Part shown: piece after piece, positions 1 through 8,983 of the stretch
Layout: every line of letters starts with the position of its first letter
Numbering within the stretch: position 1 is the stretch's first letter
Assembly: GCA_963817235.1 (NCBI GenBank)
Contig: CAWFNS010000013.1
Location: 12,354 to 76,353, forward strand
DNA: 64,000 bases
Source: an uncultured Actinomycetes bacterium
GTDB taxonomy: Bacteria > Actinomycetota > UBA4738 > HRBIN12
Direction: 5' to 3'
Notes under the pieces: model-generated
Told to the model about the DNA's origin: nothing
The model's database searches: none
What the model saw: the letters and a program-made list of their open reading frames with translations, nothing else
Position numbers and translations under genes: made by a program

Positions 1-447
1 CCGCCGCCGCCGGGACAGGTCACGTACGCTCCCGCGCAGAGCATCCGAGGGCCGGCGACCCATCCGGCGTCGATCGCCTCACGCAGCGCCACGTCGGCGA
101 AGGCGCGGAACGAGCCGACGTCGCGGACCGTGGTGAACCCCGCCCTCAGCGTCGCCCGGGCGTTCGGCACGCCGGTCAGCGCCTCCTGCGCGCCGGAGCG
201 CTTGATCAGCGCCGCGTACCCCTGCCCGGAGTCCTGCAGCCCGATCAGGTGGCTGTGCATGTCCATCAGCCCCGGGCAGCAGCGTGTGCCCCGCGAGGTC
301 GATCCGAGCCGGTCCCTCGGGGACGTCCTCGGGTGCAAGGACGGCGGCGATCCGATCCCCCTCGATCACCACGGCGCGGCCGGCGAGGACCGCGCCGCGT
401 TCGGTGTCGAGGACCCGGTCGGGCAACAGGACGGCGCGCTCGTGCAT
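1..447 (-). CDS. Metal-dependent amidohydrolase (Xaa-Pro dipeptidase-like), N-terminal part; runs off the window; frameshift ~270
   Basis: MHERAVLLPDRVLD..IDLAGHTLLPG joins, after a shift, LMDMHSH (HxH metal motif)..TLRAGFTTVRDVG..GPRMLCAG. Confidence 0.85.
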
Positions 448-479
448 ACGGCGGCGAGCATAGCGACCTGTCCCCCGGA

Positions 480-680
480 CGGCCGAGCGGAAACCGACCA
501 TCGGTCCATGCGGGCGCGGTGTCGCGACGGCCGATATCGGGAGCGTGACCGTTCCGGCTCCCTCTCCAGCCGGACCCGTCACCGACCACACGTCGTGCCG
601 TCCGGGAACGCTCCGGTCCCACCGCGAGAGCGGATGACCGGGGATGGGTCCGAGGCCGCCGGAGCGCAACCGGCGGCGCG
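480..680 (+). ncRNA. Candidate structured intergenic RNA (unassigned family)
   Basis: 255-bp non-coding gap with successive hairpins at 545-582, 611-643 (GAGA tetraloop) and 655-677; strand is a guess from the GNRA loop. Confidence 0.25.
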
Positions 681-703
681 GCGGGTCGATCTTCCGTCCG
701 CCC

Positions 704-1472
704 TCAGCCCGCCAGGGCGCGCAGCTGGGCGTCGATCGTCCGGATCAGCTCCTCGCCGTCGAACGAGCGTTCGTGCCCCGCGTGGACGATCCGGGCGTCC
801 ATCTCCCGCAGGCGCTGCAGCGATCCGGCGAATGCCTCGGCGTCGTCCCAGCTGAGCTTCCCGTCGACGTAGACGGCGTCGCCGGAGAACAGCGTCCCGG
901 TCGCCTCCTCGAACAGGCAGGCGGAGCCGGCCGTGTGGCCCGGCGTGTGCACGACGGCGAACACGCGGTCGCCGAGCTCGAGCACGTCCCCGTCGTCGAG
1001 CAGCATCGTCGCCTCGGCGTTCGGCGTGACCCAGCCGGCGACGTCGAACCCGGGCGCCGGCACCGCCGTGACGATGCACTCGGGCACCGGCGCGTCGTAG
1101 TACGCGAACATCTCCTCGGCCTCGGGCGGGAAGTCTTCACGCCGCATGCGCATCGGGTACGGATCGCGCGCCATGTCGTCGTCGGCGCGGTGGATGCGGC
1201 GATCGGCGAACCCCTGCAGGCCGCCCATGTGATCGAAGTGGCCGTGGGTCGCGAACGCGATCACCGGGCTTGCCCTCCGCGAGCGCGTCGATCGCCGGCG
1301 GCAGCGGGGCGATCCCGTTCGCGGCGTCGACGACCAGGTCGGCGTCGCGCCCCGGCACGTGCCACACGTTCGACCGCAGCAGCGGATCGACGTGCGGCTC
1401 GGTCAGGCGCGTGATGCCGGCGCCCGCGTCCTCGGCCGCGAACCACGGATGCGCGACCGGGAGGTCCGCCAT
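704..1472 (-). CDS. MBL-fold metallo-hydrolase (frameshift ~1265)
   Basis: MADLPVAHPWF..LVVDA then THGHFDHMGG, HTPGHT, LFSGD, HAGH; ATG overlaps the upstream TGA. Confidence 0.9.
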
Positions 1473-2711
1473 CAGCGCCGCTCCGCGAACGCGACGGTCG
1501 CCGCCGGCGGACGCAGGCAGTGCTCGGTGTACATCGAGGCGTTGTAGCTGCCGAGCCCGAGCACCGCGACGACGTCGCCCTCGCGCACCTCGGGGAACGG
1601 CAGGTCCTCGGCGAACAGGTCGTTGCCCTCGTTGATGTTCCCGGCGATCGTGGCCGGCGCGGCCGGCGGCCGCGTCCGCCGCACGGCACACCACGATCTG
1701 CAGGTCGCTGCGGTAGATGAAGCGTTCGCACGCGATCGTCCAGCCCGCATCGAGCCCGACGAACCGGACGCCCTCCCGCTCCTCGACCGAGACCACCTCC
1801 GCGAGCAGGACGCCGCACTCCTTCACCAGGAAGTCGCCGGGCTCGGTGCCCACGGCGACGCCGAACGGTCCGAGGTGCTCGGCGAGGATCGCGGCCCATC
1901 GGTCGAGGTCGAGCGGTGGGTCGCCGGCGCGCTGCGGCACGCCCAGGCCGCCGCCCGTGTTCACCTCGGCGATCGGACAGCCCGCGTCCAGCAGCGTCCG
2001 GACCATCGCCGCCACGCGGCGGACGCTCTCCTCGAACACCGGGAGCTGCTCGGTCAGGTAGCCGTCGCCGACGTGCACGTGCACGGCGTCGATCGTGAGG
2101 TCGTGCGCGCGCGCGACCGCGAGCGCGTCATCGAGCTGCTCGGCGAAGACGCCGAACTTCGTCGGGCGCGCGCCCGCGTAGAGCGTCTCCCCGGCCCCGC
2201 CCCACGACGCGCCGATCCTCGGGTTCACCCGCAGGCCGAGCGTCGTTCCCGGCGCCGTCCGCCCCACCCGCTCGAGCTGGCTCAGCAGGTCGACGTTCAG
2301 ATGCACGCCGGCCTCGAGGACCGCCCGGAGGTCTCGGTCGGAGAGGTTCGTGCCGGTGTACGAGATCTCCTCCGGCGCCCAGCCGTGCCGCCGGGCCCAC
2401 TCGATCTCCCCGGGCGAACACACGTCGAGGCCCACCCACGGCGTCCGGTCGCGGAGGAACGCCAGGACCGCCGGATCGCGTTGCGCCTTCAGCGCCAGCC
2501 GAACGCGCCCGTCGAGCCCGGCGTTCGCGAGCGCGTCGCGCAGCGCGACCGCCTGTTCCTCGATCCGCGTCAGGTCGTAGGCGTACGCCGGCGTGCCGCT
2601 CTCCCGAGCGATCTCCTCCGCGTCGCGGCCCGCGATCGACAGACGCCCGCGCCGGACCTCGAGCCCGGGACGGGTCCACCAGGTACGTTCGTCGACGGCG
2701 GGACCGTGCAC
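1472..2711 (-). CDS. lysA: Diaminopimelate decarboxylase-like group IV PLP decarboxylase (frameshift ~1665)
   Basis: GTPAYAYD, ALKAQ (PLP Lys), LRVNP, TKFG, HVHVG, NTGGGLG, EPG; C-terminal GNINEGND replaces the usual GxxCExxD. Confidence 0.75.
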
Positions 2712-2729
2712 GCCGCGAAGTCTACGGAC

Positions 2730-3236
2730 CTAGACGAGCCGGCCTTCGGGTCCCTGGTCGTGGAACGTCTCGGGCTCACCGGTGATGTTGTCGTCGGGCC
2801 GGAGCGTGGCCGCGCCGCCGACCAACGCGAAGATCGCGCCGGCGAGCGAGACGAACAGCCCGAGCGCTCGGCTCGCGCTATAGGCGGCGGCGTTCGGCAC
2901 CTCGCCGTTCACGATGGCCGTCTGCACGGCGAAGTTGGCCCGCAGGAATCCCCAGATGCAGGCGACGAGGAGGACCATCGCGCAGATCGTCACCAGCCCG
3001 CCCATCGCCTTGCGGATCTTCTGATCGCTGAAGATCACGTACGCCGCGCCGAACGCGAACGTAGCCACGGATGCCCACAGCGCGAGATCGCCGGCCGTGA
3101 AGACGGTGCCCTTCAGCGTGGTGTTGCCCGACGGCGTCTTCGCCACGTACCAGCCGGCGTAGATGCCCAGCAGGGCCACGATCCCACCGACCGCGGCGAA
3201 GATGCCCGGGTACCGGAGCTGTGTCTTGTCGTCCAT
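2730..3236 (-). CDS. Hypothetical membrane protein (~4 TM)
   Basis: MDDKTQLRYPG.., four hydrophobic segments, GAGAGGG RBS-like sequence upstream, GC-biased third positions. Confidence 0.75.
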   Translation of the reverse strand: MDDKTQLRYPGIFAAVGGIVALLGIYAGWYVAKTPSGNTTLKGTVFTAGDLALWASVATFAFGAAYVIFSDQKIRKAMGGLVTICAMVLLVACIWGFLRANFAVQTAIVNGEVPNAAAYSASRALGLFVSLAGAIFALVGGAATLRPDDNITGEPETFHDQGPEGRLV

Positions 3237-3350
3237 GGAGGGCCCCTCTCGAGGAATGGGTCGGACCGATGCTCCACCATCCACCGCGTCCGTTCAACGA
3301 CCCTTCGGCTACGGGGTTGCCTCCGCCGCGCGGGCGGGGTACTACGTCGA

Positions 3351-3514
3351 ACGTCCTCGGGGTGGTCGGCGCGATCGTCGGCGGCTACCTGTGGGAGCTC
3401 ATCTTCTCGAACCACGGCATCGCGTGGATCGGCTCGGTGATCGCGGCCGTCGTGATCCTCTGGGCGTACGAACGGTTCGTCTCGAGCCGCAAGGCGAAGC
3501 CGGCGGCGCGCTGA
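3351..3514 (+). pseudogene. C-terminal half of a GlsB/YeaQ/YmgE (transglycosylase-associated) membrane protein; N-terminus missing
   Basis: NVLGVVGAIVGGYLWELIF..WIGSVIAAVVILWAY matches the second half of the family; the upstream frame is not family-like. Confidence 0.55.
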
Positions 3515-3527
3515 GACGGACGCCTCG

Positions 3528-3815
3528 TCAGCGCACGACCGGCACCGATCCACCCGTCGTCGCGGCCGGCACGGTCGTCGTTCCCTTCGAACGGACCACG
3601 GTCACGCCGGACGCACCGCCGGCGGCGCCGGTCTGCACGACCACCCGGCTCCCCGGGGGGACGACGACCACCTGCTGGCTCGGCGCCTGCGCGCCCGCAC
3701 GAGGAGCCGGCACCAGCCTGAACGCGGCCCAGGGGATCGCGAACGTGAGGGCGCCGGCGCCCCAGGCGACCGCCCGAACCGTCCTGCGGCTCAGGCGCCT
3801 CCGCTTCTCGGTCAT
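3528..3815 (-). CDS. Small exported or membrane-anchored hypothetical protein (95 aa)
   Basis: MTEKRRRLSRRTVRAVAWGAGALTFAIPWAAF: basic N-terminus plus hydrophobic helix; low-complexity tail ending ATTGGSVPVVR. Confidence 0.65.
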   Translation of the reverse strand: MTEKRRRLSRRTVRAVAWGAGALTFAIPWAAFRLVPAPRAGAQAPSQQVVVVPPGSRVVVQTGAAGGASGVTVVRSKGTTTVPAATTGGSVPVVR

Positions 3816-3820
3816 GACGA

Positions 3821-3991
3821 TCAGTCCGTTTCCGCGAAGGAAGGTGGTGCTGCTTGTGGTGCCGCCTGCACCACGACCCGCACGGGAGCTGCGGCGGTCG
3901 TGGCGTGGAGCGTCAGGGCTCGTGACGCGGTTCCGGCGACGAGGGCGAAGGCGAGTCCCGCTGCGACGATGAAGGCTGACGAGCGGCTCAT
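3821..3991 (-). CDS. Small signal-peptide-bearing protein (56 aa), not in the ORF track
   Basis: GAAAGGAA RBS 5 nt before ATG; MSRSSAFIVAAGLAFALVAGTASRALTLHATTAAAPVRVVVQAAPQAAPPSFAETD*; stop lies 5 nt before the next ATG. Confidence 0.65.
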   Translation of the reverse strand: MSRSSAFIVAAGLAFALVAGTASRALTLHATTAAAPVRVVVQAAPQAAPPSFAETD

Positions 3992-4250
3992 GTCGGTTCC
4001 TTTCCATCTCGGGGATCCCGAGGGGATCCCTCCGTATCCAGTACAAGCCCCGACGCGCTAACCGCCGGCAAAGGTCAGCACTGGGTTCGGGTAACGGTGT
4101 ATGCGGGTTCTGTGTCCTCGGTCCCTCCGCGTTCTGGAGGACCCACGATCCGTCGACGTCCTCGCCGAACGTCCCCTGAGCGACGGGCCGATCGGACATC
4201 TCGGAGGGATCGACGGGCAACGAGACTGCTGATGGACAGGAAGGGTTGGC

Positions 4251-5697
4251 GTGGCATCTCGACGGATCGTGGGGGTTCTCATGGTCTCGCTCCTCGTTGC
4301 ATGTACGAGGAGCGGGGCGAGGCTCGGGAACGCGACGGTCCACGCCCTCGCCGTCATCGACGGTGCGGAGCCAACCGAGAGCTGGATCGAAACCCAACAT
4401 CGTCCTCATCCTGACGGACGATCAGCGGTACGACGCGCTGTCGAGGATGCCGATCGTCCGGTCGCGTCTCATCGATCAAGGGGTGAACTTCACCGATGCC
4501 TTCGTCGTGAACCCGTTGTGCTGCCCGAGCCGCACGAGCATCCTGACCGGTGCGTACTCGCACTCGACGGGGATCTACACGAACGAGCCGCCCCATGGCG
4601 GGTTCGCGGACTTCCACGACCGCTCGACGATCGCGACGTGGCTCGACGCCGCCGGATACCAGAACGCACTGGTCGGGAAATACCTGAACGGCTACGCGAA
4701 CACCACGTATATCCCGCCGGGCTGGGACTTCTGGATCTCCCAACAGACGGGTGTGTACTACGACTACGTCCTCACGCACAACCACGTGCTCCAGTCGTTC
4801 GGCCACTCGCCGTCGGACTACTCGACCCGCGTGTTGACCCGCCATGCCGTGCAGTTCCTCCGACAGGCGGAACGCCCGTTCTTCCTCTACTTCGCGCCGT
4901 CCGCTCCGCACTCTCCCGCCGTACCAGCACCGGATGACGCGCGGGCCTTCCCCAACCTTCCTCCGTGGCGTCCGGCGAGCTACGACGAGGCGAACGTGAC
5001 CGACAAGCCGGCCTGGGTCAACCGACTGCACCTGTCGGCCGCGAAGCGCAGGTGGATCGATCGATTCCGGCGCGATCAGTACCGCTCGCTCCTGGCGGTG
5101 GACGAGTCGGTCGGGAGGATCCTCGACGCCCTCGTGGCGAAACGCCAACTCCACAACACGCTCATCGTCTTCATGTCGGACAACGGGCTCGAATGGGGGG
5201 AGCACCGCGTCCTGGGGAAGCAGGATCCGTATGAGGAGACGATCCGCGTTCCCCTCGTCATCCGGTACGACGCGTTGCTGGACCCCGCGGCCAACGGTCC
5301 GAGGACGGATCGACATCTCGTCCTGAACATCGACCTCGCCCCGACGTTCGCGGCGGCCGCGGGGACCCGAGCTCCACACGCCGACGGCATGGATCTCTTG
5401 CCGCTGTTGGCGGATGCCGCCGCGCCGTGGCGGCACGACTTCCTGGTCGAGCACGAGCGGTACGTCAGCGACATCCCGACGTACTGTGCCGTGCGCACCT
5501 CCAGGTACATCTACGTGGTCTACGCGACGCATGAGGTGGAGCTCTACGACCTGACGAAGGACCCCCTCGAGCTTCGGAACCGAGCGAACGATCCCGCGTA
5601 CGGGCGGATACGTCACGATCTGCGCGCTCGGCTGGCGCACCTGTGCAGACCGGAACCTCCCGGGTTCGACGTCAACCTCGAGCCTGCCGGTACCTGA
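4251..5697 (+). CDS. Cys-type (formylglycine) sulfatase, N-acetylglucosamine-6-sulfatase-like, probable lipoprotein (frameshift ~4320)
   Basis: KPNIVLILTDDQ, CCPSR, GKYLN, APHSP, MSDNG, YEETIRVPL, ELYDLTKDPLEL; LLVAC lipobox-like N-terminus in the adjacent frame. Confidence 0.9.
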
Positions 5698-5723
5698 TGG
5701 CCCGCTCGGGGACCGAGGATCCC

Positions 5724-5800
5724 TGGTGGAGGTGAGGGGATTTGAACCCCTGACCCCTGCCGTGCGAAGGCAGTGCTCTACCGGGCTGAGCTACACCCCC
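5724..5800 (-). tRNA. tRNA-Ala(CGC)
   Basis: GGGGGTGTAGCTCAGCCCGGTAGAGCACTGCCTTCGCACGGCAGGGGTCAGGGGTTCAAATCCCCTCACCTCCACCA: cloverleaf, CGC anticodon, G3:U70 Ala identity pair, encoded CCA. Confidence 0.97.
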
Positions 5801-5843
5801 GTGGATCGCATCAGCCTAGCAGAGGCCCCCGACGCGACCGCTC

Positions 5844-6479
5844 TCACGCGTCCCCTTCGAGCGCTCGCGCGTGCCGGTCGAGCGCGTCGTGGAGGTCGCG
5901 TTGCACGAACGCGATCGAGAGGTCGCCTCGGGTCTTCTCGATCAGCGACCGAGCGACATCGGTCGAGCGCCGCAGGTTCATCGTGATCGCGTCGGGGTAG
6001 TCGATCGTCACGAGGACCCCGTACAGATCCTCGAGGACGGCGAGCGTCCGCTCGGCGGTCGCGACATCGCCGCCGCGCAGGAGATCGAGGATGTGCCGGC
6101 GGCCCTCGCCGATCGCCTCGGCCATGCCGTTGAGGTACGGAGCGTCGCCGACGCCGAGCTCTTCCGGCGGCGGGAACGGCCGCTCGGCCACCAGCGCGTA
6201 GGTCAGGTTCGCCTCCGCGTACTCCTTCTCGGCGTCCAGGAGGTACCCGGCGAACCGGACGTCGGGATGCGAGCCGACCGCGTCGAGCCCTTCGTCGAGC
6301 GCGGTCCGCGACGCCGCGATCAGCTCGGTCGCGCCCTCGAGCTCGCCGCGATGGATCGCACGGATCGCGTTGGCCGAGGCCCGGATCGAACGCCGCGCGG
6401 CCGGCAGGGCCCGTTCGCGGGCCGCGGTCTTCGCGTCGAAGCGCTCGTGCAGGGCGTCGGAGAGCGGATCGAGGTCCAC
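5844..6479 (-). CDS. Translin/TRAX (C3PO)-family protein, putative RNase
   Basis: Helical 211 aa; R..IR.SA.AI.AIHRG, EKEYAEA, YLNGMAEAIGEGRR, LRRSTDVARSLIEKT, typical of prokaryotic translin homologs. Confidence 0.85.
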   Translation of the reverse strand: MDLDPLSDALHERFDAKTAARERALPAARRSIRASANAIRAIHRGELEGATELIAASRTALDEGLDAVGSHPDVRFAGYLLDAEKEYAEANLTYALVAERPFPPPEELGVGDAPYLNGMAEAIGEGRRHILDLLRGGDVATAERTLAVLEDLYGVLVTIDYPDAITMNLRRSTDVARSLIEKTRGDLSIAFVQRDLHDALDRHARALEGDA

Positions 6480-6487
6480 GCCGGGGT

Positions 6488-7069
6488 TCAGGCGCCGGCG
6501 GAGGCGGCGGCCGACGCGGGCCGGACCACGACGTGCACGGGATCGTGCTGGCCGATCGCGCCGAGCCCGTTGAAGGTCTGCCGCGGGACGGCCGCCGGGC
6601 CGTCGGCGACGAAGCGCGGCGCGAGGCCGGGTTTCGGTCGCTCGGGGACGGCCGCGGCGCGCACGCGCTCGTGCGGGCGCGCCTCGCGGGCCTTGATCGA
6701 CACCAGCAACCACATGTACAGGAGCAGCAGACCGGCGAGCCCGGCGCTCACGTACCAGACGACGCGCAGGGGCGGCACGAGCCCGATCAGGAACGACAGG
6801 ACGATCGCCTCGATCAGGACCACGAACACCTTGCGCCGGCGCTCACGCGCCCGCGACCGTTGCCGCTCCTGGGGACCGAGGAACCGAACGCCCTTGCGGG
6901 GGGTGACGATCCACCGCCCGTTCGTTCCGTGTACCTCCGCTTGCGCCAACAGCTCCATCCTCTGTTCGAAGTCATCCACCGAGCTCTTGCCGGCGTGCCG
7001 CCGGCGCCCGGTCGGGATCAGGAATGCGGCCCACATGATGCATAACCCGCCCAGGAGCAGCCAATCCAC
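6488..7069 (-). CDS. SepX/GlpR-like 3-TM membrane protein (divisome/gephyrin-receptor-like)
   Basis: TM1 W..FLIP..RRR, DDFEQRMELL, RERRRK, then a TM2-TM3 hairpin; CAGGAGG RBS; same position as sepX/glpR, between moeA/moaC and tRNA-Ala. Confidence 0.6.
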   Translation of the reverse strand: MDWLLLGGLCIMWAAFLIPTGRRRHAGKSSVDDFEQRMELLAQAEVHGTNGRWIVTPRKGVRFLGPQERQRSRARERRRKVFVVLIEAIVLSFLIGLVPPLRVVWYVSAGLAGLLLLYMWLLVSIKAREARPHERVRAAAVPERPKPGLAPRFVADGPAAVPRQTFNGLGAIGQHDPVHVVVRPASAAASAGA

Positions 7070-7103
7070 CCGGTACGGCCTCCTGTCCGTCGAACCCCGG
7101 TCG

Positions 7104-7149
7104 ACACAACATCTAGGCTGGGTGGGGACGCTAGCACCACATATAGTGC
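7104..7149. promoter_or_regulatory. Tandem NrdR-box-like operators flanking a minus-strand -10 (TAGCGT)
   Basis: ACACAACATCTAGGCT (7104-7119) and GCACCACATATAGTGC (7134-7149) versus consensus acaCwAtATaTwGtg; starts 30 bp apart; AT-rich patch in GC-rich DNA. Confidence 0.6.
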
Positions 7150-7194
7150 CGGGAAAGTACATCCGTGTGATTCGCTCGGAGGCGCCGTCGAACC

Positions 7195-7659
7195 TCATGC
7201 CCGGTAGTCGCCGGACTTCCCGCCGGACTTCGCCAGCAGGCGCACGCCCTCGATCCGGGCGGCGCGATCGAAGGCCTTCGCGGTGTCGTACAGCGAGAGC
7301 GCGGCGACGGCCGCGGCGGTCAGCGCCTCCATCTCGACGCCGGTGCGATCGAACGCCCGGACCGTCGTCTGCACGCGGATCCGGCCGCTCGCCTCGTCCG
7401 CCTCGATCGAGACCTCGGAGCCGGTCACACGGATCGGGTGGCAGTGCGGCAGGAGCCGGGGGGTCTCCTTCACGCCGATCACGCCGGCGATCTTCGCGGT
7501 CTCGAGCGGCGAGCCCTTCTTCGTGCCGGCCAGGAGCTCGGCGACCGTGGCGGGCGTCGTCACGAGCCAGGCCTCCGCGACCGCCTCGCGTTCGGTGTCG
7601 GGCTTCGCACCCACCTCGACCATGCGCGTGACGCCGTCGGCGCCGGCCTGGTCGGACAC
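7195..7659 (-). CDS. moaC: Cyclic pyranopterin monophosphate synthase MoaC
   Basis: RMVEVGAK, KKG, LLPHCHP, TGVEMEAL, LYDTAK, KSGGKSG. Confidence 0.95.
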   Translation of the reverse strand: MSDQAGADGVTRMVEVGAKPDTEREAVAEAWLVTTPATVAELLAGTKKGSPLETAKIAGVIGVKETPRLLPHCHPIRVTGSEVSIEADEASGRIRVQTTVRAFDRTGVEMEALTAAAVAALSLYDTAKAFDRAARIEGVRLLAKSGGKSGDYRA

Positions 7660-7660
7660 C

Positions 7661-8920
7661 TCAGTCCTCGGACGCGCGGAACAGCAGGACGCGGAGCTGC
7701 TCGCCCGGTCCCGCCTCCTCGACCCCCGCCGGCAGCACGGCGAGGCCGTTCGCGCGGGCGATCGTCGAGAGCAGGTTCGAGCCACGGCCGCCGGTCGGCG
7801 TGGCCGTCCACCCCTCCGGACCGCGCGTGACCTCGACCCGCGCGAAGACGGTCTTCCCCTTCGGGCCTCGGACCGGGCCGGTCAACGTGGCCCGGACCTC
7901 GGGACGGCCCAGCTGGGTGCGTCCCATCATCCGCAGCATCGCCGGCCGGACGAACATCTCGAAGCTCACGAAGACGCTGACGGGGTTGCCCGGCAGCCCG
8001 AAGAACGGCTTGCCCTCGATGAAGCCGAACCCTTGCGGCATGCCGGGCTGCATCGCGACCTTGGAGAACTCGATCTCGCCGCGGCGGAAGAACGCCGCCT
8101 TCACGACGTCGCGCTCCCCCACCGAGATCCCGCCGGAGGACACGAACGCGTCCGCCTGGATCTCGAAGCTGAACACCGTCTCCTTCAGCGAGTCCGGATC
8201 GTCCTTGACGATGCCGGCGAGCACCGGGATCGCGCCGACCTCGCGCAGCGCGCCGAACAACGTGTACGCGTTGGCGTCGCGCACCTGACCGAACGACGGG
8301 TTCTCGGTCGGGGGGACCAGCTCGTCGCCGGTGGACAGGACGATCACCCGCGGCCGCGGGTGCACGAGCGGGTGCGGGATGCCGGCGTTCGCGAGCAGGC
8401 CCAGCTCGGCGCCGGCGAGCCGCCGTCCCCTCGGCACGAGCAGGTCGCCCTCCTGGACGTCCTCGCCGCGCGGGCGCACGTGGTGCCCCTCGCCGGCGGG
8501 CTCGAACAGGCGGACGAGTCCATCGTCCTCCTCCGCGTTCTCGACCGCGACGACGGTGTCGGCGCCGCCCGGCATCGGGGCGCCGGTGGCGATCTTCACG
8601 GCCTCGCCCATCCCGACCGTGGCCTCGGGTCGCTTGCCCATCTCGGAGCGACCGACGATCTTGAGCTCCGCCGGGCGCTCCGGCGTGGCCTCCGCCACGT
8701 CGTAGGCGCGCACCGCGAAGCCGTCCATCGCCGAGGACGCGAACTCCGGCAGCGCGACGCGCGCGATCAGGTCCTCCGCCGCGACGCAGCCGTACGCATC
8801 GGTGAGGGGCATCTGCAGCGGCGGCAGGGGCTCGATCCGCGAGAGCACCGCGCGGCGCGCTTCGTCCACCGGCACGAGTCCGTCCGCCGAGTCGTGGTCG
8901 TGGATCCGGCGCTCGGTCAT
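7661..8920 (-). CDS. moeA: Molybdopterin molybdotransferase MoeA (gephyrin-like Glp)
   Basis: SAMDGFA, IATGAPMP, LSTGDEL, SSGGISVG, GLPGNPVS. Confidence 0.95.
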   Translation of the reverse strand: MTERRIHDHDSADGLVPVDEARRAVLSRIEPLPPLQMPLTDAYGCVAAEDLIARVALPEFASSAMDGFAVRAYDVAEATPERPAELKIVGRSEMGKRPEATVGMGEAVKIATGAPMPGGADTVVAVENAEEDDGLVRLFEPAGEGHHVRPRGEDVQEGDLLVPRGRRLAGAELGLLANAGIPHPLVHPRPRVIVLSTGDELVPPTENPSFGQVRDANAYTLFGALREVGAIPVLAGIVKDDPDSLKETVFSFEIQADAFVSSGGISVGERDVVKAAFFRRGEIEFSKVAMQPGMPQGFGFIEGKPFFGLPGNPVSVFVSFEMFVRPAMLRMMGRTQLGRPEVRATLTGPVRGPKGKTVFARVEVTRGPEGWTATPTGGRGSNLLSTIARANGLAVLPAGVEEAGPGEQLRVLLFRASED

Positions 8921-8983
8921 GGGCGGCAGTCTATCCATCACTCGCGTCGGAGCGGGAGTACCGCTGCCACGTGCGCCGTCCCG

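Noticed and set aside
3200-5723. Integrative element or prophage at tRNA-Ala
   Set aside because: No integrase, no phage genes, and no duplicated tRNA 3' end (att) found by eye.
5726-5986. ORF MEVRGFEPLTPAVRRQCSTGLSYTP on the + strand
   Set aside because: It is the antisense translation of the tRNA-Ala gene, a classic false ORF.
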